Source: Anthoceros angustus (taxonomy: Eukaryota > Plantae > Anthocerotophyta). From it: a stretch of 64,000 nt of DNA. Below, in pieces: positions 38,460-49,620 of the stretch. Both the position numbers and the translations under genes were made by a program. Each line of letters opens with the position of its first letter. Within the stretch, counting starts at the first letter, position 1. The notes under the pieces were generated by a model, which ran no database searches, was not told where the DNA came from, and worked only from the letters and a program-made list of their open reading frames with translations. The stretch covers positions 62,001 to 126,000 of the forward strand of contig MU008198.1 of assembly GCA_010909165.1 (NCBI GenBank), read 5' to 3'.

Positions 38460-39360
38460 GGGAACTGAGAATCATCGGCCAGGCCGGCACATCAGAAACA
38501 ACCCTGGCCAAGGCGCTATCTGAACCAATTGTGTGCCTCGTGCAGGCCTCTGCAAGTCTGGGCTCCCCTATGTCCTGCGCAGGACATAGCACTGTATAGA
38601 CGAGGGGCTTTCTGGGCCATGCCCTGCTGGGAGTATCCTGCTATCATGGCATCACATGTTACAACATCCTTCTGACAAGCCTATCAACACATCCTTCAGC
38701 GTCCCAATGAATGCATTATCGTTTGAGAGAACGGCACATCTGCTTGTCGGGTGCTAGACAACAAGATGAAAACCTCCATAGATCATGGCTGGATCATCTC
38801 CTCTGAGCTGAATGCAGCATGCTGATCACCAGAGAAAAACAGAACCACCAAGTGTGAGTTGCAAAAAGCATGTCAGGAACTCCTCTGCCAGAATCGCCGT
38901 GTGTCAAGTGACTCGAGTAATGGGCTGTAACTGAAACGATCTCACATCGTAGAAGCCACAGAATAGTTGCCAGAGTGAGCTCCTAAAAAATCTCTTGAAA
39001 AGTACTCTCAGACACACCTGATCATGATCACTGGCGCAATCAAACTTTTGGTCAATGGAAGATGAGACGAGCTTGAGGATAGACCACATGCAAAGCAGAT
39101 CAGTATGAGCAGACACCTGAAGAGCAAGTGGAACAGGAAGAGTTAGACACCGTCTAACACATGCCACGAGGACATGTACAGACTGTGCTGTCTGCCGACT
39201 CACCCCATCTTTCAGCCTTTCATGGAGAGTACTTTCTATGGCAACCTTACAAGATAGATAAGGAAATTCCAGCTACCTGCTGCGATGAACCTCGCAAGGA
39301 AGCACCCAAGAAACAGTCCCAACTAAGCGGCTTCTTTTGTCAGCGCTTTCTGTTGCAAAA
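38460..39360. pseudogene. Possible highly decayed NB-ARC/STAND remnant
   Basis: Plus strand: RIIGQAGTSETTLAKAL (P-loop-like, ~38470), VLDN (~38752), SMLIT (~38820). Minus strand: PLALQV (~39120-39135). Motif-level resemblance only. Confidence 0.25.
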
Positions 39361-40539
39361 ACACGCCGGACAGTGTGCACGACAGTGTCTTTTGGCAGAT
39401 GTCATGTGATTTTCATTCCAATATCCTGTGGGGCCTCTGTGTGCAAGACACGTTGCAGCATGTGTCCAGTACGTAGAGAGCCTCCCACGGGCTGGAGTGT
39501 GGAAGTCTGAAACCCGTACTTGGGCTTGGCGGTGGATGGATACCTCATGACTCACAATACGGAGACATCCTGAGGAAGGCACAAGGCAAATATATCCATG
39601 TTTTGTACATTATAAAAAATGGTTGATAATACAGCATGAGAATGAGAGTACAGGGGCAACAGTAGCTCCGCATTGTTCACATGCAAAGGGAAGGTTAGTG
39701 AATGGCGCATGCGCACCCAACGCCGCTGCCTCAAGAGACGGTAGCCTGTTTAAAATAAATCCCTTGAACTTGTCCTCACTTTCTGAGACAAGTTTTAATA
39801 TACTAACTGGGACGCGGGATTGCAGTACAGATATTTAACGATTTCAATGACGTTGCCATTAAGCGTGCAAGTCAATGCTCCAGGCCCGGTACATGCAGGC
39901 TTTTGCACAGACTAATAAACCCGCAATCCGCGGACCCCACTGGACAGTCCGCAGACATCGTACTTTTGTACAGATGACATGCAAATATAAGTATCAATGT
40001 TATGCAATTTCACGCTTTTCGTCAAGCTCAAGCGCCCTCGCTTAAAAGGAGATGCCATTGGTTAAGATACACAGGTAAAAGGCACTCAAGGCCCATGGCC
40101 TGCTGCCAGGCAAGGATTATGAGGACGTCGGGACACGTTGCCACAACAAGAGGTTGTTGCAACGTGCAAGTACAGTATCTAGGTCTTTAGGCTAGTGGTG
40201 TTTCCTTCGGGGAGCTGGGCTAGAGAATCAGTACTGAAAATGCAGCTGGGCATACCCACATCTTCGACGCCTGAGACCATGGATCATACCGAAGCTTCCA
40301 TATCTGGAAACTGCTAAGCACCAATTGGTACAAGTTTATTCAGTAAGACAAATACAATGTGCATGGAGAGACCTGGGAATAATGGCGAAAGATCCACCTC
40401 AGGCCTGCCTCGTGAGGAGAAGGCAGCAAAGCCGGGTGCGGTCTCTATGTTGCTGTTATATCTGCACTAGCAATGTGGCTGGAGCTGGCTGGGAGTTCCA
40501 GCAGCTGGTGATATGATGATCATGCGGGAGTGGCCTGCA

Positions 40540-42463
40540 TCAGGGTGCAGCAGGACCTGCAGCCACGTTGAAATTGTCGGTGTACGTGGAGGAACTTACA
40601 GTCTGAGGGCCGTTGGCAGACTTCGGGCAGGACGTGAAGTTGGGATATTTTGTGTAAACAGGTGATCCCGACTTGAGACCGAAGTCCTGATTAGTATAAT
40701 TGTTGAACAGCACTGCCGAGGAAGAGTACGATACCCAATCCATGCTGTTCAAGCTCGGCGCAACTGTAACCCCAGTGCAGCTAAGGTAGGTTGGTGTGTT
40801 CCTGGAGTTGAGGGGATCCACAATCACGATAGAAGCCTTGTTTCCTGCACGGGACCACATCGCAGCATCCACTACTCAGCATGCTGTAATCTCCACGGCA
40901 GTGATCCTTGCTGGTGATCGTCTTAGCTGCTGAACTCAAAATTTGACGGGTTCCGAATGATCCATACCTGTGGGCAGTCCGCTGCACTTCCCCGTGTCAG
41001 CAGCGCTGGCACTGCCGTTGGGGTTGCAGTTGACGCCAGCGTATGATGTGAGGTCACAGAAATTGTTGAGCCAAGGATAATCCTGCAGGCAGGGCGAGGC
41101 ATATATGAGAGCATGTCCACGGAAGGCCTGCCAGAAGTGATAACAATGGCAGTGCATGCGCTTACTTGCTGGAAGGCTGCGGAATTGTAGCTTGCGAGCC
41201 TTACGGAATTCCAGTACTGGCCGACCTCCTGGTTGCAGTTGTTCACCGCGTAATTCTGGCAACTGATCCAGCCCGGCAAGCGCTGCGATATGCTGAGGAC
41301 GCTGGTGACGCTGTTGGAGTGGCCGGTGTTGAGCTTCATGCCCGAGTTCATGTTGTAGCAGATCATTCCGTCCACGGTGATTCCACTGGAGGCGTAATCC
41401 AGATAAATGCATTGCTTGCCGCCCACAGCGTAGTTGCAGGAGAGGTAGTTCCCGGGGTTCACCCAGTGAGTGCCGAAGTAGACCGCAGAAGAGTCGGAAT
41501 TGGGCGTGAAATCGGAGGTGAAGACGAAGTAGTTGTTCAGGTACTGCGAGAGCATGCAGTCCCCGACATTGTGCACGCCCTGCCCACACTGGATGCCGGT
41601 GAAGTAGGGATTCTTGATGTAGTTGTTCTTGATGACGGTTCCCACAGCCAGCTGCGTGAGGAGCACGCCGATCTGGCCCCCCGTGAGGTAGGAATTGGAG
41701 ATGGTGATGGAGCTGGGGATGCGGTTGGGCCCGTTCCCGGACTTGGTGACCTGCACCAGGGCCTTCTCCGCCTGGAACGAGGTCACGGTGATGGAATCCA
41801 CACTCACCTGCGCCGACTTCACGATGTCGATTCTCCCCGTCACACTGGCCACAACCAGCTGCACGCCCCAGCTGGAGTGGATGTGCACGGCGGGGCAGTT
41901 CAGCGAGCTGCTGGAATCCGGCAGCGACACCCCACAGGCGGCCGAGGAGCTGGAAGTGGGAACCGACAAGTCCACGTTCTGGATGAGCAGGTTGTTGAGC
42001 CCCCGCACCTGGATGGCCGGGAACGAGTCCTGGGAGGCTGTCACCTTGCGCCTGGAAGTCGCAGTGAGCTTGGTGCACGAGTAGTTGGCGTTGAAGAAGA
42101 TGCTGGAAGAAACCGTGAGATCGTTGTCCAGCACCAGGTTGACTGTCTGCGTGGACGGATACGCGATTCTGAGCGCCAGATCGCTGACGCTGGTCACTGA
42201 GATGGTCACCTCCGTGGTGGTGCAAGGGCCGCCCGCTGCAAAGTGCAAACAAGGACGCAAACAAATCAAACAGCTGCAGCCAGCCCCATCCACATAGTAC
42301 AAGGAATTTGAGGTGCTTGCAAGCGAGCACTGGAGGCAGCTGAGCCCAAGGCAAGGCACGCTCTTCTCTGATTTTGTGGCTCACCTGCTTCACAATGCTG
42401 ACCCAGCAACAGCGCTGCAAGCAGGGCCACAAGAATGCAGACCAATGGCGAGGCCTGGCCCAT
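40540..42463 (-). CDS. Secreted right-handed parallel beta-helix (GH141-like) protein, paralog B, ~522 aa
   Basis: complement(join 42463..42385, 42235..41166, 41082..40968, 40844..40540). Same intron positions as paralog A, with identical 79-nt and 115-nt exons. Signal peptide MGQASPLVCILVALLAALLLGQHCEA; GVHNVGDCML, DSSAVYFGTHWVNPGN, IYLDYASSG, WISCQNY shared with paralog A. Confidence 0.82.
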
Positions 42464-45400
42464 GGTGGCACCTGTGCTCGGCGAGCGCTAGGCGAACAGG
42501 AAGGAGCTTTGGAGCTACACCACGGGGCTCATCAAGTTGGAGCCGGAGGTTGCTTGGTGTCTGGAGGTCGCGACTGTCCGCAGATGGGCACGGGCAGGAA
42601 GATATGAAGACGCTGGCAAACCGCAATTGGGCTGGAAAGTTGGAAGTTGGGAATCGGGAATATAATGCTGCAGCGCTAGCGATAATAGGAGGGGAAAGGA
42701 AAGGAAAGCGGGTTGCAGGAATCGAGAGGAGCTGCGTCTGGAAGCGCGGGCTCCAGCCACCCAAGCCTGCAGGCAACAGTACGGGACTCGGGAGCGAGAC
42801 TAGAAAGCAGGTCCAGGTCGAGGAGCGGCACTGGGAGTTTGGAAGTAGGCTCGCGCGCTGATTTTTATGTTGAAATCTGCGGGCAGGGGACTCGTGTGGA
42901 AGCGAGGTGAAGAGCGGGCAAGGAGAAGAGGAATCGGCAAGTGGAGCGACGGGGACCGGGCCGGTGGCGCCTGCTGTCTTCATTGGCCCGGGCGGGCAAC
43001 TGCCATAACAGACGGCCAGACGTGCGGTCCCTCCTCTGACATCTCCTTCCCACGCCTCACGCCATCATGGCCCGCGCATACTATACTGCCATGGCGTCAC
43101 TTACGCTACGTCGCAGCACCGAGCTCGCCATGCATTGCTGCACCAAACCCGCTTCTCACATGTTACTGACCATTCAATGGAGCCAGCAGCATCTCTTAAT
43201 TAATATTCAACTTATGCAACCCATTTTCTTCCTTTCCTGCTCTGGCCTGCTGCTCTGCTGCTCTGCTCGTCTGCTGCTCTGCTCCTCTGCTGCTCTGCGC
43301 ACTACCGCACTGCTTTGCTCTGTCCTTTCTCTGCTCCCCTGTACGATGTCAGCTTTTGTTTTCTCCTCCACGAAATTGTCAACTCGGTCAGGCAGACGCA
43401 TGCATTCGACAGCCATTTGACAGGACCACATGGAAACCGTTTACCAAGTTTATCCCCTCGGCGCTGTTATAACGTCGTAAATCGAGCGCGTACGCAGGAT
43501 GGAGTAATGGACGCCTCCGCTCATATTGATGGCGCGCTATGAGTGAGCTAACCGTCCACGGAATTCAGGGACAACTTTTATTCCGCGCTTTCACCTGGGT
43601 TGTGGAAGGGGCAACCGGGCAACCGGGCAACCAGCCTTCGTACGGTAGCTGCGGATATGCCCTTGAGAGAAAGCCACCATGAATGCTGGCACAAGGGAAT
43701 TCAAGAAGCCCGTCTTTATTTCAAGACTCTTAAATATCTTCCGGGGACACAAACGACAACATATCCCACAGTTTGTCCTATGAAGGGAGCTGCATGTACA
43801 AGTATGTGGGTATATATTTTAGGTGTAGCATGAAAGACAGTCGCGAACCGCATTCCCACGGTTCCCGCCACGCGTCGTGGAAGGACCTGGGAATTCGGAA
43901 CACCCCACCTTTGTGGGCACCTTTTTCTTTCCTTCGCCATTGTTTTGTCTGCCATGTGCGAGCAGGCGGCATAAATGCATGAATACTAATTTGCTCAGAT
44001 GAATACTTGTTTCCTTCACATTTTCACGGGCTATTCTGGGTCATGGGACGGGCTAACTTTTGAAACCAGGTCCGGGTCTCCTTTTGCACCATCGGTAAAA
44101 TTAATTGAATTATATATTATTATTTTAACTATAAATTTAAAATATTATATAAAATATGTCAGATAAATGAAGTTATACAAGGCCTATTGGTCACGTCTTA
44201 AGAAGATTACGTAAGTAGAAACAACATGTTTGCAAAAATATATTATCTCATATGGTCAATGATATTAGTAAAATACTCAAGTGTACTTTTTACTTCGTAT
44301 AGTATATGAAAATGGGATACCCTGCAATGCACAAGGCTATCCACCAAGTCAGCAAATAATTACGCACATATGTACCATATAAACAATTACTCAACTGGAG
44401 GATTGTTGCATAAGGCTTCTGGTCCCAGGTGCAAGCCTCTTGAATGTCCAAGTAGTGCGTGCAGTAAGTGGAAATGCTAGGCAGCAGACGTAAGGTTAGC
44501 CAATTATGAATAGTGTCTCATGGGAGACTTGCAATCACACGTCTTTTAGCCATTCAAACGAAAACAAAGAGCTTGAGAACAAAAGACACATAATGGCGAA
44601 GCCATGGGGAAGGCAAATCCCTTGTAAGGTCCTTATTTTACATCAGAAGGTGATTTCCTGCAAGGGTAACCCCTTCAAGCAGAGGGCAAATTTGGGTTCC
44701 CCTTGCACCTGCCGGCCCTATATTCTAAACACCGAGATGGCATGTGGCTAACCGCATTTAAACAACCCCACGATGGATGTGGTTATTATCTTCCATGACC
44801 TCCTCCAAAAGTTCATCCACGTGCCAAAACCACGGAGTCGAAATGCATGGGGATGAGTCCATGAAAACTGGTTGTACCTCCGATTCCTCACCTGTAAATG
44901 AAAACTGCTCTGAGCCTCGTTTTTTGCGGTGCGTTTTGAAAAAAGCGGGGGAGAGGTTGCGATGCCTGCCTACCTCGCTCTGTTGAGCATTTACGAATGT
45001 CCGCTCCCCTTCCAACGCCATCCGCTCCAAGCCCCGCCAAAGATGCATACCGTGCATTTGATGTGTGCCCTTACCGCATCCGTCGTCCTCTACCACGCCA
45101 CAGAGAGCAGTGTGCTAGAAAACTCAAGCCATCCTCCATGTCCTCCTCGAGCGCAGACTTGATCCTTGTTTTTCGGTTGCCATGCCACTTCCTTTCAACA
45201 AGCGGTAGGTCACAAAATCTTTCACCTCCATGTTCCTGTCAAGCCCAACCAACTTTGTGTCCAGCCTAGAGTGTCCTTCAATTGTGGCTTGCGGCATCTC
45301 TAGGGGCAGATCAGCCATCGCATGCAGCGTGTCTCAAGTCCGTCTCAGCCCTCAACTCTATTTTCTTCGGCTTAGGCATCTGGACACATCGTTGGTTGCG

Positions 45401-45651
45401 ATTAACAGAGCTATGGAAGCACAACATGCACAAGCTGCAGTTGTAGAGTGATGGAATGGAAACACATGGAGATCAACATACCTTGCCCTAACCTAGGCTC
45501 CAGCGTGATTCTGGCGGGAGTGAATCCAAACTAACACGGTTACATGCTAACCCTAATGGGGTCTCGACGGAAATCCACTTATAATATCCATTAATAACAT
45601 GCTGGTAATAGACAACAATATTGGGCTTGTGCTGGAAAGACCATGGAAGTT

Positions 45652-45945
45652 AAGGCGATGCTAGGTGATGCTAGGTGACGCTAGGCGATGCTAGGTGATG
45701 TTAAGCGACCCTAGGCGATGCTAGGCCGTGCTAGGCGAGGCTACGCAAGGCGACGCTAGCTCTTTAAGCAAGTAGGCAAGGGACTCTCTAAAGTGTGCCT
45801 AAGGCTTCAGGCCTAGAGAGGGGACCAAGCCAAGGCCAGGAGGAGGCAGAAGCCCAAGTCAAGGCCAGGAGGAGGCGAAGAAGCCAAGTCAAGGCCAAGG
45901 AGGAGAAGCCCAAGTCAAGGCCAAGGAGGAGGCGAAGAAGCCCAT
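45652..45945. repeat. Decamer array (gctaggYgaY, ~9 copies) followed by aagcccaagtcaaggccaggagg repeats; probably LTR interior of the adjacent gypsy copy
   Basis: Read directly: gctaggtgat/gctaggcgat units at 45660-45760; ~26-bp units at 45830-45945. Confidence 0.75.
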
Positions 45946-46207
45946 ACCAAGGAGAGGAATGAGGCTCCATAATGGCCTTTAAGGCCAACCAAGGGAGAAA
46001 CAAGAGTATTTTACCTTGGATTCCAAGGGATAAGGGAGAAGTGGATAGATGGGTATGTCATCATCCATTTGATTTCACTCTCGTCCAAAACTCCTTAATC
46101 CACCCCATCCAAGTATGATCCACCCGGTGCTTAACTGAGCTCGCCTTTGCTATCCAACTCACCCAACTCACAGTTTAACCAATAGCTGCAGAGTATTTGT
46201 ATGCAAT

Positions 46208-47890
46208 TTAACATGCATAGATACTTAGAGGTTTCACTAATCACGATCTAAGTTAGCGGTGTGTTAACCTTGATTAAGGGTTTGACCTAGCCACTAACCG
46301 GAGTGCAGACACACTCGATCCGGACGGAGCTACCAACCAGCAAGTCCATCGAGCGAATTCAAGTCCCACCAAGAGAGAGAAGTAATACACCTCGATTTTG
46401 GTACCAAGGACAGGAGGAAACCCAACACAATCAACAATCTTTGAAGGATGCATGAGTGGCAACACACAAGACATTGGTGTCATGACAACTCAAATGGAAA
46501 TAAAGGAGGACTTGTCTCTAGGAGTCGCCAAGATGGGAGGAGAGACAAGGATCGAATGGAGTTGTTCATGACGGGCACCTTGCCACGGAGGACTTCATCG
46601 AAGTGTGGTGCGGAGATGGAATTGAAGACCGGATACACGAGCGATACGGCTTCATCCAAATGTCAAGTACTTGGGGATGAAGCATTGGCTATATGAGCAC
46701 AAGGCGAGGTTGTTGAGCGCACATCCGGAGGACCGAGTAGCAGCTCCCAAGGAACCAGCAGACGGAGCAAAGGCACCGAGTGGGCACGATCCCATCAAGA
46801 GATGTTTAACATCTTCCGGCCGGAGTTTCTCGCAAGCACGGATGAGAAGATCTCCGAAATACACTTCAAGATGAAGTCGAGACCGCAAGATGGCTTATCA
46901 AGAATCGACCAGTTGGTACGTGACACCAAGATCATGAGTGACCGATCGTCCGCAGAGAAGTACTTGTTGCATCATGCCATGCATGAAGGTGCAACAAGCA
47001 TGTGCACAAGACGGGCAACATTACACCTCAAGGAAGTGTACGATGGTCGACAAGATAGGGCTCACTGACACTTTCTCTCGGCCAGTGATTACTCCAAAGA
47101 CAAGTAGGAGTGGTGGACGACATGACCGACGGGAGGTCGAGTGAGGAGCTCGAGACAAGCCACCAGCCCCAAGTGACGAGCCCCTCGTGAGGTGCCGAGG
47201 ACGGACTCATTCCCCTCATGAGTGCAGCATGCATTCTGGAGGAGTCAAGGGTGAGGAGCCATGCCCTAGTGTGGGAGGTACGGCACAATGAAGCGTGTTG
47301 GGAGAAGCATCCGAATTGCGGCTCACGGTTATCGAGCAAAGAACCCGCCAATGCATGGCCAACCTCATCCACAAAAATCAGCAAAGGCGCCTGCGTGGAG
47401 GAGGCACCGCGAAGTCCGTGGACAAAAGAAACGGGAAGCATCAAAGAAGACGATTACCACGTGGCACGCCCGCAAAGCCGGGAGAAGTTGGTGGAAGGCT
47501 AAGATCAAGGAGAGCAGCATCATCGAGGACGAAGAAGATGAGCACAAGCTTGGATACATGGCGATCGTGACCAGATCCAAGGGCAGGAAGAAACCTCCGC
47601 GCCTACGAGAAGATAGCTCGAGGAAGAAGAGGTCTTGACACCGCAGGAAGAAGACATGGAAGGAAGCTTCGGATCCTCTTCCCGAACCTATGCCAAGATG
47701 CCAAAGTCGCTTTGAGCCATTGCCAACAGAGCAACGTGGGAGCAACATCAAAGTCCGTGAGGGCATGTGGAGAAACCCATGCGATTATCGACGAGAGATG
47801 GCACAAAAGCTCGAGATGCCAAACCCTTACAAGACATGGGGTTGAGCGTGAAGGAAGCCGGTTCTCGCGGATGTTGACAACCCTTGAAGA
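46208..47890 (+). mobile_element. Truncated diverged copy of the DNMT-carrying gypsy family (5' region and gag only)
   Basis: Colinear with the reverse complement of 61390-63090 (MELKxGYTSD; HNEACWEKHP; EDEHKLGYMA.VTRSKGRKKPP). Similarity stops at gttgacaacccttgaag, before the protease. Confidence 0.85.
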
Positions 47891-48129
47891 CTTAAGCAAG
47901 TCAAAATAAACGGATAGACGATCCATCCTTCCATCGCAACCTCGTCCGGGTCAGCTTAAATCCGGCTAGGGTTCTTTAGATCATGTGTAATTATAAACCT
48001 TGATTGAATGGCGGCCACGATAGGGCGCCGCATGCGGCATAAGACATAGTGCGCCGAGCATGAGCAAATAAAAACACCCACGGCAATAATCCCGACCAAA
48101 GCATATGCTATCTAACACCTAAATTATTT

Positions 48130-49620
48130 GGAAACCATCTATGGAAACTCTATAATGTGGTATTTGAGATGTACTTCCTTCCAAATTGGGTTCAATAAAA
48201 GCATTTGTTGATTCATTACTTGATGGACCCTATGCACATTGGGAAGAATGTAAACAAATCTTGAAACATGTGACTGGCATTTGCAAAACCCTTGCAGTAG
48301 GCTAGATCTAAGTTAGTAATACAAAAATCCTCACTGGTGGCCTCAAGAAGACTCGATGGCAAAGGTGGTACTGAATCTCCACCTTGGGTTTTAGGGACAC
48401 AAATAAAAAAGTTTCAAACAAGCGAGGCGAGTTGAGAGACCGAATTGCAACCTTATAACCCCCTACAAGATATGGATCAAACTTGAAGCGGTGCTTCTAA
48501 AGATTATGGGGATAGTATATCGGGGTTAAAGTCACATGATCATCATCTACTTTTAAGTGATTTATGGCCATTAGTATTAAAGGTTTAATATCTAAAAGCT
48601 CATGAGGTCGCTTTTGTGGTCTTGGGACTTTATTCGTGGATATGTTCTAAAGAAATCAAGATATCGAGATCCCAAATGAAGGTGTTTGAGTCAAGTAATG
48701 TGTGTCCTAGAGCGAGTTCCCCACATTTTTTTTCAAGTGTCCATGCTTGTGATACACTTGGTTCACAAGAATTATGTGGGCCTACAAGATATCGATGGAT
48801 GTATTTTCTTGAAAGGCATATGAAAGTTTTGAAGGGGTTTCGACAGGGCTAAAGGAAGGTAGCATGGCAAGGATATCTCGCACAAGAGTCTATGTATTAT
48901 TGTGCGTAATATATAGGCCAACAATGTGATGATGGCCATGTATGTGGACCGCAGTATTGAAGCAATGTGACAAAAGTTACTGAAAGGCAGCAATATAACC
49001 GAGGTAGAACGAAACAAAATTACGACACAATGCTAGAAAATTACTTTCACGGAAAAGTGGAGACTAGTATATGATGGAGTTCATACCAACATGTCTTTTG
49101 TGGATTGGCTACAAAATGAAGTAAAGGGGCTATTTCATCGTATTAATCGCTTTTGAATGAATATGGGCTGGACATATATGGACTAGTGAATGGCCTCTAT
49201 AGTCATAGCCAAATCATATTCAATGATGTGTATGGAATGAACATAAGGACGGAATCTTCGATGTAGGAAACTTACAATGATTGTATAATACAACAAAATT
49301 TCCTTAGTGGTCAAACATGCAGATATTGAAGATCGATGATATATTGGAATAGTGCAGTAAAATTTTAAAGGTTGACTTTGGGTTGTTGTCATCATCAGCT
49401 AATTTTTAAAGGTTAAGTGGTTCAAACCATTTTTATGAGGATGCAAATGATCACAAATAAGGGATTGAAGAAGGACGAATGCACATAGTGAACCCTAGAT
49501 CTTGTTATCCTTCTACGAGTTCAAGATGATCCCTTTACCCTTGTGTCACCCAAACTAATTCAAACTTTTGTATGACAATAAAGTGGTTGGACCACCGCAC
49601 GTGGAAAACGTTGTCTTTGA
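48130..49620 (+). mobile_element. Decayed CACTA/EnSpm transposase (Tnp2 C-terminal half, DUF4218/DUF4216 regions)
   Basis: LMDPMHIGKNV (~48220), GLKSHDHH (~48523), GPTRYRWMYFLERHMKVLKG...EGSMA (~48780-48870), YIGIVQ..LKVD...VKWF (~49340-49425). Many stops. Confidence 0.75.

Noticed and set aside
40936-42471. Long overlapping ORFs (511 aa minus alternative frame; 344 aa plus 41166-42200) as extra genes
   Set aside because: Shadow ORFs produced by the very high GC3 of the real beta-helix exon; no motifs. The same applies to 23897-24595 and 200-1003.
44350-45300. Possible N-terminal CACTA transposase remnant on the minus strand
   Set aside because: Only vague resemblance; no motif strong enough to report.
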